Origin: a plasmid
DNA: 64,000 bases
Direction: 5' to 3' (one strand)
Sequence record: NZ_CP104589.1
Position numbers and translations under genes: made by a program. Positions 9,742-18,456 of this stretch are shown here, in pieces (the first letter of the stretch is position 1; each line of letters starts with the position of its first letter). The notes beneath the pieces were generated by a model, which was not told the origin of the DNA, searched no databases, and saw only the letters and a program-made list of their open reading frames with translations.

Positions 9742-10908
9742 ATGACTATTCAACAGAACGAGATCAAGATCCTTGATCAGATCCTGCTGGTAGACCTCTC
9801 GGGCATCCACCTGTGGACCGCCCGGAAGAAACTAAAGCCTGAAATGCTGGAGGGAAAAATTCCTCCTGCAAAGCTGGCTTCACTCGGCTCGATGCGTGTT
9901 ATCGACCCGGAGAAGCTCAAGCCGTTTGAGAAAATCAAGCGTCGGGCAACCAGTGTCCTGGAGAACTACGGCATCAAATTCCTGGGCGGCTATGCCATAC
10001 CACAGGAAAAGATCCGTGATGTGGTCGATGAGCTCGAAGCTCTGAAGAACCAGTTCTATGACCTGAAAAACAACTTCATCCCGAACTACGACCGCTGGGT
10101 AACTGAGTGGATCGAGAAGGATTGGGAGCGCCCTGAGTGGCGCGAGGCGATTGCACGTTCGGTAACCCCGAAAGCGCAAGTAGACCAGGGCATCCAGTTC
10201 GGCTATGCGGCTTGCCGTGTTGCTCCGGACGGGGACAAGCACCTGAGTCAAACCCTCGGGAGCCAAGTTCGCGGCCTGTCCGATCAGCTCTACGCTGAAA
10301 CGGCAGAAACCGCTGAGCGCCTGATGGACACCGGCTTGGCCACTCGTGGTCATGTCACCCAGACGACGCTCAATACTGTGCGCAAGATGAACACCAAGCT
10401 GAAAGGCCTGATGTTCCTCTCCGGCGATGTGAAGGCCTTGGCCGACTACATCGACGAGTTGCTGGCGTCCCTGCCTAAATCGGGGGTCGTCAATGGCTCG
10501 CAGTACAACCAGGTGGTCACGCTGGTGTCGACGCTCTCGGAAGAGGACTCGATTCGCCGTTTGATCAAGAACCTCAGCAAAGCCAATGGTGCAGAAGCAC
10601 CTGAGGCTGAAGTCGAGGAGCAAGCCCAGGAAGAGGTCATTCATGTCCAGCAACCCGCTGAGCCTGAAGCACCTGAGCCTGTAGTCGAAACTGTGGTGGA
10701 AGAAATTCCCCTCGATGCGCAAACGGTGGATGAGGAGGAGCTGGCCAGCATGGCAGTACCTGCAGATCCATTTGCTGTCGTTAATGAGGTACCGACCGCA
10801 CTGGAACAACCAGAGCCAGAGCCTGCAGCTGCAGTTCTCGAAGAGCTGGTGATTCCACAACCAACCCCGGTCAGCAGCGTTGTCGCCCACGGCGTCTTCA
10901 GCTTCTGA
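9742..10908 (+). CDS. hypothetical protein between the AAA+ and vWA genes, acidic C-terminus
   Basis: 388-aa ORF. Confidence 0.5.
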   Translation: MTIQQNEIKILDQILLVDLSGIHLWTARKKLKPEMLEGKIPPAKLASLGSMRVIDPEKLKPFEKIKRRATSVLENYGIKFLGGYAIPQEKIRDVVDELEALKNQFYDLKNNFIPNYDRWVTEWIEKDWERPEWREAIARSVTPKAQVDQGIQFGYAACRVAPDGDKHLSQTLGSQVRGLSDQLYAETAETAERLMDTGLATRGHVTQTTLNTVRKMNTKLKGLMFLSGDVKALADYIDELLASLPKSGVVNGSQYNQVVTLVSTLSEEDSIRRLIKNLSKANGAEAPEAEVEEQAQEEVIHVQQPAEPEAPEPVVETVVEEIPLDAQTVDEEELASMAVPADPFAVVNEVPTALEQPEPEPAAAVLEELVIPQPTPVSSVVAHGVFSF

Positions 10909-10991
10909 TCTGACCCATACACCCCGCCTGGGAGCAAACCTCCCAGCTGGGGGGTTTCTCCGTCTGGCGGTGGCGAGAAAGGAGAAACGAT

Positions 10992-12941
10992 ATGGCTAAA
11001 TCACTGATGGGCACCCTTCCGATCTACTGCCAACACCTGTCCGAGCAAACCGGCGTTCAGGTGGTTGTAGAGGGCAAGGTCGCCAGTACAAACGGCAAAC
11101 GAGTGACTGTCCCCTTCACAGAGGATGATCTTCAACTGTCATTCGGCTACGTCGCCCACGAAACCAGTCATGTTCGCAACACCGACATGGCCGTTTTCAA
11201 AGGCACTGTGCGAAACCCGTTCCGCAAGAATTTGCTGAACATCCTGGAAGACATCCGCATCGAGCGGTTGTCGATGGATCAGTACCCGGGCACCGAGGAA
11301 GATATTCGGTACCTGAACCGCAAGGTTCTGCTCGATCCGTTCAAGCCTGAGCATGTCGCCCAGGCCCAGCCAATCCACATCATCCACAACGCACTGCTCT
11401 ACGGCACCTACTGGAAACTCCAGGAGCCGCAGTTGGAAGTGCCGGCCAAAGCCTATCTCGAAGCACTCGAAGCCCTCCTGGGCCAAGAGCTTGCCGACAA
11501 GATCATGGCCAAGGCGCTGCAGACCCTGAAGTGCGAAAACACTGAGGAGGTGCTGCAGCTGGTTGACGCAATCATTGCGCTGCTTCCTTCCGAGGAAGAT
11601 GAGCCGCAACAGCCCGATGGCGAGCCTGAACAAGGTGAGGAGGAGGGCGAGCAAGGTGAGCAGTCTCAATCTGGTGATGATGGCCAGGGCGATGGCAGCG
11701 ACACCTCCGACACTGGTGAAGATCAGTCGCCGGACAGCAATGAAGGTGAGCAAGACGGAAGCCAAGGCCAGTCTGGTAGCTCGGATGCAGACTCTTCGGA
11801 GGATGCGGACGGTGACCAGGATGGACAAGGCACCGAGGGTAAAGGCGAAGAAAACGGGAAACCGGATTCCAAGCAGAAATCCTCGTCTGGAAGCCAAGGC
11901 GATAGCCAAGGCGACCAATCCGACGATGCCCAGGGCGGTGACGAAAGCACTGACGAGGGTGGCTCCGCTAACGCACAAGGCAAACCATCTCCGCAAGGCG
12001 GTGGCCAACCTGGTGATCAACAAGGGGGCGCTCCACAGAACCTGCGAGAGCAGGCGATGAATGCCACCGAGGATGACCTGAAAGGGCTCATCAGCGAGGT
12101 AGGGGATGCAGCTGCTGAACTCCTGGGCCGCAAGGCTCAGCGGGAACATCACGCCGTCACACCCTTCCCCCTGGCAGGGAGATCCATTCGATGCTCCGGC
12201 GAAGCTTCAATGCGCCGGGTTCAGCTTGGTATGGAGCACTCTGCAGGTCTTCGGCAGATCCTCAATGGTCTGCTGCAGGCTCAAGTGAATTGCCGGGTAC
12301 AGCTCAAGCGTCAAGGTAAGCGGATCGACACATCGCGAATTGCCATGATGAAAAGTGGTGAGACACGGGTGTTCCGTAACAAGGCTCGTGCCGAGCGCCA
12401 GTCTGCCGCCATTCAGTTCCTCTTCGACAAGTCGGGGAGCATGGATAGTGCGATGGATCAAGCAGAGGCGGCCCTGTATGCCGTGCTACGCAGCTTGGAA
12501 GGGCTGCCCCTGGTAACAACAGGGGCGATGTCATTCCCAGGCTCAAATAGCGCACCAGGCGGCTGCTGTGACCTGATCAAACGCTCAACCGAGAGATTGG
12601 GTGCGGCTGTTGAAAAGGGTGGCTTTGGTGCTCTTTCGGCCGGCGGTACACCAATGGCACCGGCGATCTGGCCGGCTGCTATTGAAGTGCTCCGAGCTAA
12701 AGGCGAGCGCAAGGTGCTTTTCGTGATCACTGATGGGGAACCTAATAGTGGTACCGAGGGCTACTGCAAAGAGCTGTTTGAGCGGTGTGAAGCATCAGGG
12801 ATTGAGGTAGTTGGCCTTGGATTCGGTAAGGCCAATGAATACATCCTGAAGCACATCTTCAAGAAATACGTTGCTGTCGGTTCAGTGAGCAATTTGAAAG
12901 CGGCCCTCTTCGGGGTTGTTCGAGAAGCACTCACCGCCTGA
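10992..12941 (+). CDS. CobT-like protein: N-domain, long acidic low-complexity region, C-terminal vWA domain
   Basis: About 150 aa of D/E/G/S/Q-rich repeats; C-terminal MIDAS-like motif FLFDKSGSMD and ITDGEP. Confidence 0.7.
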   Translation: MAKSLMGTLPIYCQHLSEQTGVQVVVEGKVASTNGKRVTVPFTEDDLQLSFGYVAHETSHVRNTDMAVFKGTVRNPFRKNLLNILEDIRIERLSMDQYPGTEEDIRYLNRKVLLDPFKPEHVAQAQPIHIIHNALLYGTYWKLQEPQLEVPAKAYLEALEALLGQELADKIMAKALQTLKCENTEEVLQLVDAIIALLPSEEDEPQQPDGEPEQGEEEGEQGEQSQSGDDGQGDGSDTSDTGEDQSPDSNEGEQDGSQGQSGSSDADSSEDADGDQDGQGTEGKGEENGKPDSKQKSSSGSQGDSQGDQSDDAQGGDESTDEGGSANAQGKPSPQGGGQPGDQQGGAPQNLREQAMNATEDDLKGLISEVGDAAAELLGRKAQREHHAVTPFPLAGRSIRCSGEASMRRVQLGMEHSAGLRQILNGLLQAQVNCRVQLKRQGKRIDTSRIAMMKSGETRVFRNKARAERQSAAIQFLFDKSGSMDSAMDQAEAALYAVLRSLEGLPLVTTGAMSFPGSNSAPGGCCDLIKRSTERLGAAVEKGGFGALSAGGTPMAPAIWPAAIEVLRAKGERKVLFVITDGEPNSGTEGYCKELFERCEASGIEVVGLGFGKANEYILKHIFKKYVAVGSVSNLKAALFGVVREALTA

Positions 12942-13013
12942 TCAAACAAAAACCATTCCCAGTGGGGGCTAACCCCTACTGGGGGAGGCCTCCGTCTGGT
13001 GAAGGAGGCCTAA

Positions 13014-13424
13014 ATGGAAAATCTTGCTTTGGCTACTCCCCTCTTCGACTTGTTTGGAGAAGAGGTAATCATCCAGCGGCGTTCTTTCGAGCGTCGGCCA
13101 CGGCGAAAGCCTGCTCCCATCCAGGGGCAGGTTCAGCTGGGGTTCTTGGACATCCTTGAGATGTCTGAGACTGAACTTGAGCAGATGCGTGCCAACGATG
13201 AAATCACTGACGATTACATCGACTGGCTCCGGGAATACATCCTCAAGATGACGCTTCGCCAGATCCTTCACCCTCAGGTGAGCATGGAAAACTGGTGGGA
13301 TGGCGTTATCTGGATGCTCTCGGATGACAACCATCCGTTCGGTTTCAAAGTCTGCTGCAACGCTGCAGGCGCTGATCACGAGGATGTCCGCGAGGGCGTT
13401 CGCAGGATCATGCGTCGCAACTAA
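13014..13424 (+). CDS. hypothetical protein
   Basis: 136-aa ORF. Confidence 0.45.
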   Translation: MENLALATPLFDLFGEEVIIQRRSFERRPRRKPAPIQGQVQLGFLDILEMSETELEQMRANDEITDDYIDWLREYILKMTLRQILHPQVSMENWWDGVIWMLSDDNHPFGFKVCCNAAGADHEDVREGVRRIMRRN

Positions 13425-13498
13425 ACCAAAAAGCCCGCAGGGGGAAAGCCCCTTGCGGGCTTTCTCCGTTTTCGGGCACTACAAACGGAGAAATAATC

Positions 13499-14382
13499 AT
13501 GGCTTTTCAATCATCTGTTCTGTCCTACCCAGACCGCGGCCATTGGGGTAATTCCCGGTACCGTGGCAACTGCACAGGCCACATCATCAAGGACTTCTTC
13601 GGCACTTACATGAAGCGCCAGGATGGCCTCTGTGTGGACCCAAGCATTGGCGGTGGAACGAGCGTCGATGTGGCGCGAGAGATGGGCCTTCGCTTTATTG
13701 GCACCGACCTGCATCAGGGCTTCAACCTGCTCGTAGACGACCTTGCGTCGTTCTGCGGGGAGGAAGCAGCTGCAGTTTGGTGGCACCCACCGCGACGATG
13801 CAGGCCTACAGCGGCTCGCAGTGGGGTGAGGAGGCGAATAAGTGGGATATGTCGAGGATGAGCATGCAGGACTTCACTGAAGCCCTGGAGCTGGCCTTGA
13901 TGAACATTCACGATGCCACCGAGAAAGGGGGTGTTTACGGAATTTTGATGGGGAATCTGAGACGAGCTGGCGAATATTACAACCTGTCTTCCCTCGTGGA
14001 GCGGGTTGCGCCTGGCAAGTTGATAGATGAGCTGATCAAGGTTCAACACAATTGTGTGTCGGACTCACGGACGTATCGAGGCAACCTGGTCCGTGTGGCA
14101 CACGAAAAATTGCTTGTATTCAGAAAGCTGCAGGCCTCCCTGTTTTTGCTGGGGACTATGCAGCGGCGGGCTGAAGCCATGACAGGTATCACCTGGCGGG
14201 CAGCGGTTCGCAGGGTGCTCCAAGGCAACAAGACCCTTCACCTGAAGGAAATCAATGCTGCGGTTGAGCCCTTCGCGAAGACCAAAAGCAACAACCATTG
14301 GGCGGCAAAGGTGCGCCAGGTTCTGCAGGACGAGCGTTATTTCGTCCGTGTTGAACCAGGTGTGTACCGCCTCGCTGCCTAA
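13499..14382 (+). pseudogene. possible frameshifted gene; N-part carries an N6/N4-MTase-like SAM motif
   Basis: ORF 13499-13861 contains VDPSIGGGTSVDVAREMGLRFIGTDL (FxGxG motif I-like). It then runs into Arg-rich out-of-frame-looking sequence, while an overlapping frame opens at 13777 and runs to 14382. Confidence 0.35.
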
Positions 14383-14461
14383 ACCTCCCAGCCGGGAGAT
14401 ACCACCCAAGAGGGGCCATCCCTCTTGGGCTGGCTCCTTTCTCAGTGAGTAAGGAGAAATC

Positions 14462-15451
14462 ATGAATAACCAAGCTGCTGCACCGCTGATGCCGTTCCGT
14501 GTCTACCTGCTTGAACAGGACACTGAGGGGTTCAGCGAAACGATTTTCATCGCTCACGCCGAGGATATGGCTCATGCCATTGAGCAGGCGCGCAATGCTT
14601 ACCCGGGCTGTAGCGTGAACTGGATTGGCTCCCATGGGGCTAACTGGTTTCTCGCTCAAGGTCAGGCTGAGCATGTAGCGATGGATGAGGACGGGGAGTG
14701 GGGATTCATTATCCGCTTCGACGTTCCAGAAGACGTTGAAGATGAATGTGAGCTCGATGACTACAGCTACAGGGTCGAAGAGTGGCGGGGTGGCGACATC
14801 GTGGATACCTACGATGCTCCAACCTACCAGGCCGCTCGTGAGTGGATCTCGCGGGAACACCGAGGACATTGCTCAAGCCGTTACAGCTTGGCCGCCCTGT
14901 GCGACCTCTGGAACGAACTGAGTGATACCCCGGTAACCGATGGCGGCTACCTGGACCAAGCCTTCCTGTTCTTCCCTCGTGGCGTACATCGCGAAGAAGT
15001 CTGGCACTGGTTCGAGTCTGTGAATCCAGCCTTCAAGGCAGGTGAAGCAGGTGGCTTTATCGGGGGTGATCATCCGTACCGCTCAGCAAATCGGGAGCAG
15101 TCGACGACCGATACCAAACGAGAGGCGTTTATCCGGGAATCGGTTGCCGATATCCCGCCCGTGCCCTGTGAGTTTCAGAAGGGGGACGTGGTGACGGTGC
15201 TCAACGGTATGGGAGTCGAAATCAAGGGGAAAAGAATCCTGGGATTTGTTCGGGAGATTGACCCTGATTGGCGACCGAAAGCGTTCGTCTACCTGGATTG
15301 GGACTGCTACTGGTTCCCGGTTGAAGTAGAGAGGCTGACCCTGGAGAGCCAGGACCTTTGTTCGTCCTGCAACTCACCAGCAGAAAACATCATCGGGTGT
15401 CCCGATGGTGCCGAGCTGTGCTCGCAGTGCTTCGATAGCTCGAACCACTGA
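14462..15451 (+). CDS. hypothetical protein with C-terminal Cys cluster
   Basis: 329 aa; C-term CSSCNSPAENIIGCPDGAELCSQC. Confidence 0.5.
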   Translation: MNNQAAAPLMPFRVYLLEQDTEGFSETIFIAHAEDMAHAIEQARNAYPGCSVNWIGSHGANWFLAQGQAEHVAMDEDGEWGFIIRFDVPEDVEDECELDDYSYRVEEWRGGDIVDTYDAPTYQAAREWISREHRGHCSSRYSLAALCDLWNELSDTPVTDGGYLDQAFLFFPRGVHREEVWHWFESVNPAFKAGEAGGFIGGDHPYRSANREQSTTDTKREAFIRESVADIPPVPCEFQKGDVVTVLNGMGVEIKGKRILGFVREIDPDWRPKAFVYLDWDCYWFPVEVERLTLESQDLCSSCNSPAENIIGCPDGAELCSQCFDSSNH

Positions 15452-15552
15452 AACATAACCGGCCTGGGGCAATGCCTCAGGTCATAACCATACCCAACGG
15501 GGGAGAAATCCCCCGGATGGGGCTTCTCCTCCAGGGACGATAGGAGAAGTCG

Positions 15553-15798
15553 ATGAACGCAATCCTCGAAGCTGCGCGTCTCCAAGGTGACGCCGAAATC
15601 ACGCGAAAGGCACTGGCCTGCAGCGGTAAGAAAAAAGTCCACATCTGGGAGCTCGCCAGTGGCGAAGTGATCATGTTGCGTCATGTCCAAGGCGAAGGTT
15701 TCAAGCAGCCGGTAAAGCTGCAAGAGCCTTTGGAACTTGTGGTCGACAGGTTTCGTGAAAAACGAGGCCACCGGGTCATCTCGGCTCAGGTCATCTGA
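15553..15798 (+). CDS. hypothetical protein
   Basis: 81 aa. Confidence 0.45.
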   Translation: MNAILEAARLQGDAEITRKALACSGKKKVHIWELASGEVIMLRHVQGEGFKQPVKLQEPLELVVDRFREKRGHRVISAQVI

Positions 15799-15802
15799 CA
15801 CC

Positions 15803-15830
15803 AGCGCGCCCTCCGGGGCGCTTTTTTTTG
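15803..15830 (+). terminator. intrinsic terminator
   Basis: AGCGCGCCCTCCGGGGCGCT hairpin followed by T8. Confidence 0.7.
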
Positions 15831-15840
15831 CTCGTAATAC

Positions 15841-15868
15841 TTGAGCGCAACACGCCAATCGGTATAAT
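15841..15868 (+). promoter_or_regulatory. sigma70-like promoter
   Basis: TTGAGC-N16-TATAAT. Confidence 0.4.
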
Positions 15869-16163
15869 CGAGCCATTCAAGGCAAAAGCCTTCTGCAACA
15901 CCTCCCCGCGCCTCAGCGCTAAGAATCTTCGCCAAGTGCATGCTGCACTTAGCAAGAGCCTGAACCACCTATGTGGCCAGGCACCCAAAACCACCTATGT
16001 GGTTTTGATCAAGTCAAGTCGTACTTCAATCGACTCAACCAAAAAGCCACAACGCATTGACCCTATGGGTTCTTTTCGTATGTGCGCAAATCAAACCCGC
16101 AGCGGGGATTAACATCCCTGCCGGGTGTTTCTCCGTCTGCACTTTGCTCAATGGAGAAACACA

Positions 16164-16298
16164 ATGAAAATGCTCGTAATCGCTATGGCCGTTGTAATTG
16201 GTGGCATCCAAGTAGGCTTTAAGGCATTCGACGCTGGCGTTGCTTCGGTTGAAAAAACTGAAGTCGCTCAAACCATCAAAGCCCGTCAGGCGCTCTGA
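16164..16298 (+). CDS. small hydrophobic protein (44 aa)
   Basis: ATG preceded by GGAGAAAC SD inside a hairpin module. Confidence 0.35.
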   Translation: MKMLVIAMAVVIGGIQVGFKAFDAGVASVEKTEVAQTIKARQAL

Positions 16299-16359
16299 TT
16301 GAAACTAACCCAGTGGGGAACAATCCTCACTGGGTTGTTCTCGCATCAGGAGCTTGGCC

Positions 16360-16515
16360 ATGATTTATCACAATGCAATCGACGCTATTCGTAGCGCCGA
16401 ATTCTTTGCGTCAAAATCAAATCTTGCTTATGCACTGTACAGTGCTGGCAGTGGCTTTATCGTTGCATGTCTAGTTCACGCCAATGGGCGCGAGTTAGAA
16501 ATAATTAAACCCTGA
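16360..16515 (+). CDS. small protein (51 aa)
   Basis: Preceded by hairpin and AGGAGC. Confidence 0.35.
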   Translation: MIYHNAIDAIRSAEFFASKSNLAYALYSAGSGFIVACLVHANGRELEIIKP

Positions 16516-16571
16516 CGGGAGGTATCCCGTTAGGGCCACCTCTTTGTCATACAAAAACAATGAGGTGAAAA

Positions 16572-16796
16572 ATGTTCAAAAAAGTGTTTATAGATTGGTT
16601 TGTGGACCTACTCAAAGGAGTTGGTGGGAGCTTGTTGGCAGGTGCGCTCGTGTTGATCGTGACCCCTGCTTACGACCCTCTGACCTTTACCTTCACCGTG
16701 GTGGTAGGTGCTATGATGTACATAGCCGCGCTTGTGCTCGGCTTGGTCATGGCAATTCCTGAGAGTCCAGAAGCCAAAGCATCGAAGGATGATTGA
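16572..16796 (+). CDS. small membrane protein (74 aa)
   Basis: Two hydrophobic helices. Confidence 0.4.
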   Translation: MFKKVFIDWFVDLLKGVGGSLLAGALVLIVTPAYDPLTFTFTVVVGAMMYIAALVLGLVMAIPESPEAKASKDD

Positions 16797-16797
16797 A

Positions 16798-16911
16798 ATG
16801 AACATGATCTACGCGGTATCAGGCATCGTCGTTTTCGTCGCCGCAGCTGGAATCATCGGCTACCTGGTAGCTGACCGGCTCGACAAGAAATACGGCACCG
16901 ATCACCCTTAG
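16798..16911 (+). CDS. very small membrane protein (37 aa)
   Basis: ATG overlaps previous stop (TGAAATG); single TM. Confidence 0.25.
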   Translation: MNMIYAVSGIVVFVAAAGIIGYLVADRLDKKYGTDHP

Positions 16912-17027
16912 ATTCAACACGGTTGAGTAGTTACCTGCTCAACCGATAGCTTTCGGCTGGTCATCCCTCGTGGGTGATCCACCAGAGCCCTCTGCCAAGA
17001 GGCCTCCGGGGATCACCCACCAGGAGA

Positions 17028-17255
17028 ATAATGATGACCACCAAGCAAGAATCCTATGCACTGTACTGCCCTGAACTGAAAGAGCTGATGATCGACTCTG
17101 GCCGCACTTTCCGCGTACCAGATCCGATTGCAGCCACAGTCAACCCTGGCAACCTTGACACTCGATTCGTTAAGGCCTGGGCTATGCTCCACAAGCTGAT
17201 TCCTGCCTCCGGGGAAGTTTCTGTCTTGGAAGCGCAGCTCGCTGAGGTGGCGTAA
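17028..17255 (+). CDS. hypothetical protein
   Basis: About 75 aa; AGGAGA SD upstream. Confidence 0.4.
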   Translation: MMMTTKQESYALYCPELKELMIDSGRTFRVPDPIAATVNPGNLDTRFVKAWAMLHKLIPASGEVSVLEAQLAEVA

Positions 17256-17271
17256 GTGCAACCAGCCCCAA

Positions 17272-17300
17272 CCCCGGCAGAACCCCTGCCGGGGTTTTTC
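17272..17300 (+). terminator. intrinsic terminator
   Basis: CCCCGGCAG-AACC-CCTGCCGGGG followed by TTTTT. Confidence 0.7.
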
Positions 17301-17392
17301 TTTGCCTGCAAAAAAGTGGTCACATAAGCGCCCTCTTCGCAGGGGCGTTTCTCTAGCATCAGCGTATTGATCTATACCTGGTGAATTGATCC

Positions 17393-18418
17393 ATGCGCGC
17401 ACGCACCAAGCTCCACCTCAAACGCCTCGCGGTGTCTGTCATTACGGCCCTTCAGCTCAACACTGTTGCGTTTCATGCATGGGCCGACTCGATTGCTGCC
17501 AGCGCAAATCTAGGCCAGCAGACCGCTCGCATTGTTACCCAAGAGTTCGACCCGACAGCTGCTCAGATGACGCTCCAGGATCTATTTCCAGACTTGGTGG
17601 GCGGTGATGTCACAGAGTTAGAGGATGTGTACGGCGACGAGACGAGCACTATGAGCCTCGGCATCCAAGCCAACTCACGGCTTCAGGGTGAGCAATCAAT
17701 GGAGGGCGAGGCTTACCGCACACTCAACGGATCTCTGCAGAAAGTATCGCCTGATCTTTCAAACGACCCGATGTTCAATACGGCAGATAAAGTCCGCGAT
17801 GCTGATTTTATGGCAGGTTTTAAGGAAAACTTTGCCGACTGTAAAAGAACAGACGTATTTGAAGAGGTTACTGGCAGCGCTCATGTAGCAAACTATAAGA
17901 CTTGCGAAAGGGTTGTTGACCAAGGCGGGAATGTAAAATTTATTCACGACTACAAAGTGGGTGTCGTTGAATATGTTTCAGGCCAGCCAAATTATCAATC
18001 ATGTGGTGTGGGCTGCCTGTATATCTGGGTGGGTACAGTAGGCGATAACTACTGGGGCGGCACGTGCCGGATTTTCCAGGAATATACTCGTTTCAGAGTC
18101 ATCAACAAAGAAGCGATAACGTCAGCTGTAATTGAGCGAGCCACATTTGACGATTACTTTCAGATCTACTTTAACGATGACTTGATTTGGACCCACACCC
18201 CGGGAGTTTTCCCGCCTGAGACTGCAGGTCCATGCGAAAGATCGACCAGCTGGAATGTCAATCCAAACCGAAACGTAACAGAACAATTTAAGAGCGCAGA
18301 TGATGTTATCACTTTCAAAACCAGAACATCCGTAACTGGTGGCGGTGAAGGCTATGCTCGGATTCGCATCAACTATGACCCAGCTAAAGCAGTAGTCGAT
18401 AACGGATGGGGCCCAGAA
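17393..18418 (+). CDS. secreted Cys-rich protein, 3'-truncated by transposon insertion
   Basis: N-terminal signal-like segment; many Cys; the frame continues into the transposon IR (18419 onward) before stopping, so the native C-terminus is lost. Confidence 0.45.
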
Positions 18419-18456
18419 GGGGCGAATAGAGAAAACGGAAAAAATCGTACGCTAAG
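18419..18456. repeat. 38-bp terminal IR of Tn21-subfamily transposon (tnpA end)
   Basis: GGGGCGAATAGAGAAAACGGAAAAAATCGTACGCTAAG; 3' half identical to Tn501/Tn1721-type IR (CGGAAAAAATCGTACGCTAAG) and overlaps tnpA stop. Confidence 0.7.

Noticed and set aside
9880-10890. 336-aa minus-strand ORF
   Set aside because: Antisense to the 9742-10908 gene whose 5' end carries the conserved hairpin plus SD module; Cys/Leu-rich unlikely translation.
11139-12152. 337-aa minus-strand ORF and 165-aa alternative-frame ORF across the acidic repeat
   Set aside because: Lie within the low-complexity acidic region of the CobT-like gene; frames remain open because of repeat composition.
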